A stretch of DNA of 64,000 nt. Origin: Lama glama. Lineage: Eukaryota. Under the pieces are notes generated by a model that was not told the DNA's origin, made no database searches, and was given only the letters and a program-made list of their open reading frames with translations. The DNA lies in contig CM052817.1 in NCBI GenBank assembly GCA_028534125.1, positions 109,308,001 through 109,372,000 on the forward strand, given 5' to 3'. This document shows, piece by piece, positions 63,236 through 64,000 of the stretch; the stretch's first letter is position 1, and each line of letters starts with the position of its first letter. The position numbers and the translations under genes are program-made.

Positions 63236-63440
63236 TGTGTATTAGTCATTTATTAATGCATAATGAGTACCCTGAAATGCCGGGGTTTAAAACAACCAAA
63301 CACATTCTCTAACAGTTTTTGTAGATCAGGAATCTGGGACTGGGTGGTTGTGACTCAGCATCCCTCATGAGCTTGTGTCAAGGTGTTGGAAGAGGCTGGG
63401 GGCCCAGTTTTAAGCCAATTTACTCACATGATGGTGCTGA
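63236..63440 (-). mobile_element. MLT1-type LTR fragment
   Basis: tgtattagtc...gtttaaaacaac...cagtttttgtagatcaggaatctggg...actcacatg. Confidence 0.65.
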
Positions 63441-64000
63441 CTCTGGGGCTCTGGATCTCCCCCTTACCCAGGGCTTTCCTAGCAATGGGGTTCCTTCTCT
63501 GTTGGCCCCTTAGGGATGCTGATCTGATCCAGTTAGAGCTGGGGCTTAGGGAGGAAGAAGAAATTCACAATTTCTTGGAAATAGAGCAGGTTCATTTAAT
63601 AAAAGCAGGCTTATTTAAAGAAAAAAAAAAACACCTTTCATTTCGTATCTCACTGATTTCTATGGATACCCTTCAGGGACTCCGTATCAGAAGGCACCTC
63701 ATTAGTGATTCCTTTGGGACAGACCCACTTTTAGCTACCAGGAGCCTGGACCTGCTCAGCCTCGTGGTTTGCAGCTCTAAAGGAGGACCTGAAGCTTGAC
63801 AGGTGGGGGCTCTGGCCATAGGCACTGGAAGGGCCCTCACTTGGGACCTTGGGCCCCCAGGAAGCTTGAGCTGACTGTCTCAGGCATCCTCATCCTGTTC
63901 CGTGATGCTGTGTTACGAATGTGAAGGGTGTGGAAAGCTGACTGCATTTGGTCTGCTGCTGGCCACTTTTCTTGGGTGGCAGGGCTCCCTTTATTCTCTG

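Overview
Mammalian genomic DNA, most likely camelid (four tRNA-derived SINEs match my recollection of the camelid vic-1 family). It is repeat-rich, with four N gaps (2516-3015, 8295-8394, 33835-34334, 56395-56894). No intact protein-coding gene can be supported: the ORF track is almost entirely repeat-derived, N-spanning or chance. Main content: (1) a seven-exon, intron-containing, disabled partial copy of COL12A1 (two FN3 domains plus a VWA domain) on the + strand at 43720-49061; (2) a degenerate interstitial (CCCTAA)n telomeric array at ~32034-32518, about 200 bp from a CpG-island promoter with GC box, CCAAT, NRF1 and ETS motifs and a + strand first-exon donor; (3) a U6 snRNA/L1 chimeric retrocopy at ~3016-3528; (4) an unidentified + strand exon with consensus splice sites at 52494-52617; (5) a minus-strand poly(A) site at ~30165-30226; (6) many L1 (almost all minus strand), MLT1, ERV1 solo LTR, MER20, MER5A, MER94-like, MIR and L2 elements. 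The most interesting hypothesis is a telomere-adjacent bidirectional promoter that makes a TERRA-like RNA leftward and a chimeric transcript that captured a phase-symmetric COL12A1 module rightward. This is inference, and an assembly gap lies between the promoter and the COL12A1 copy. All family assignments come from recalled consensus sequences, not database searches.
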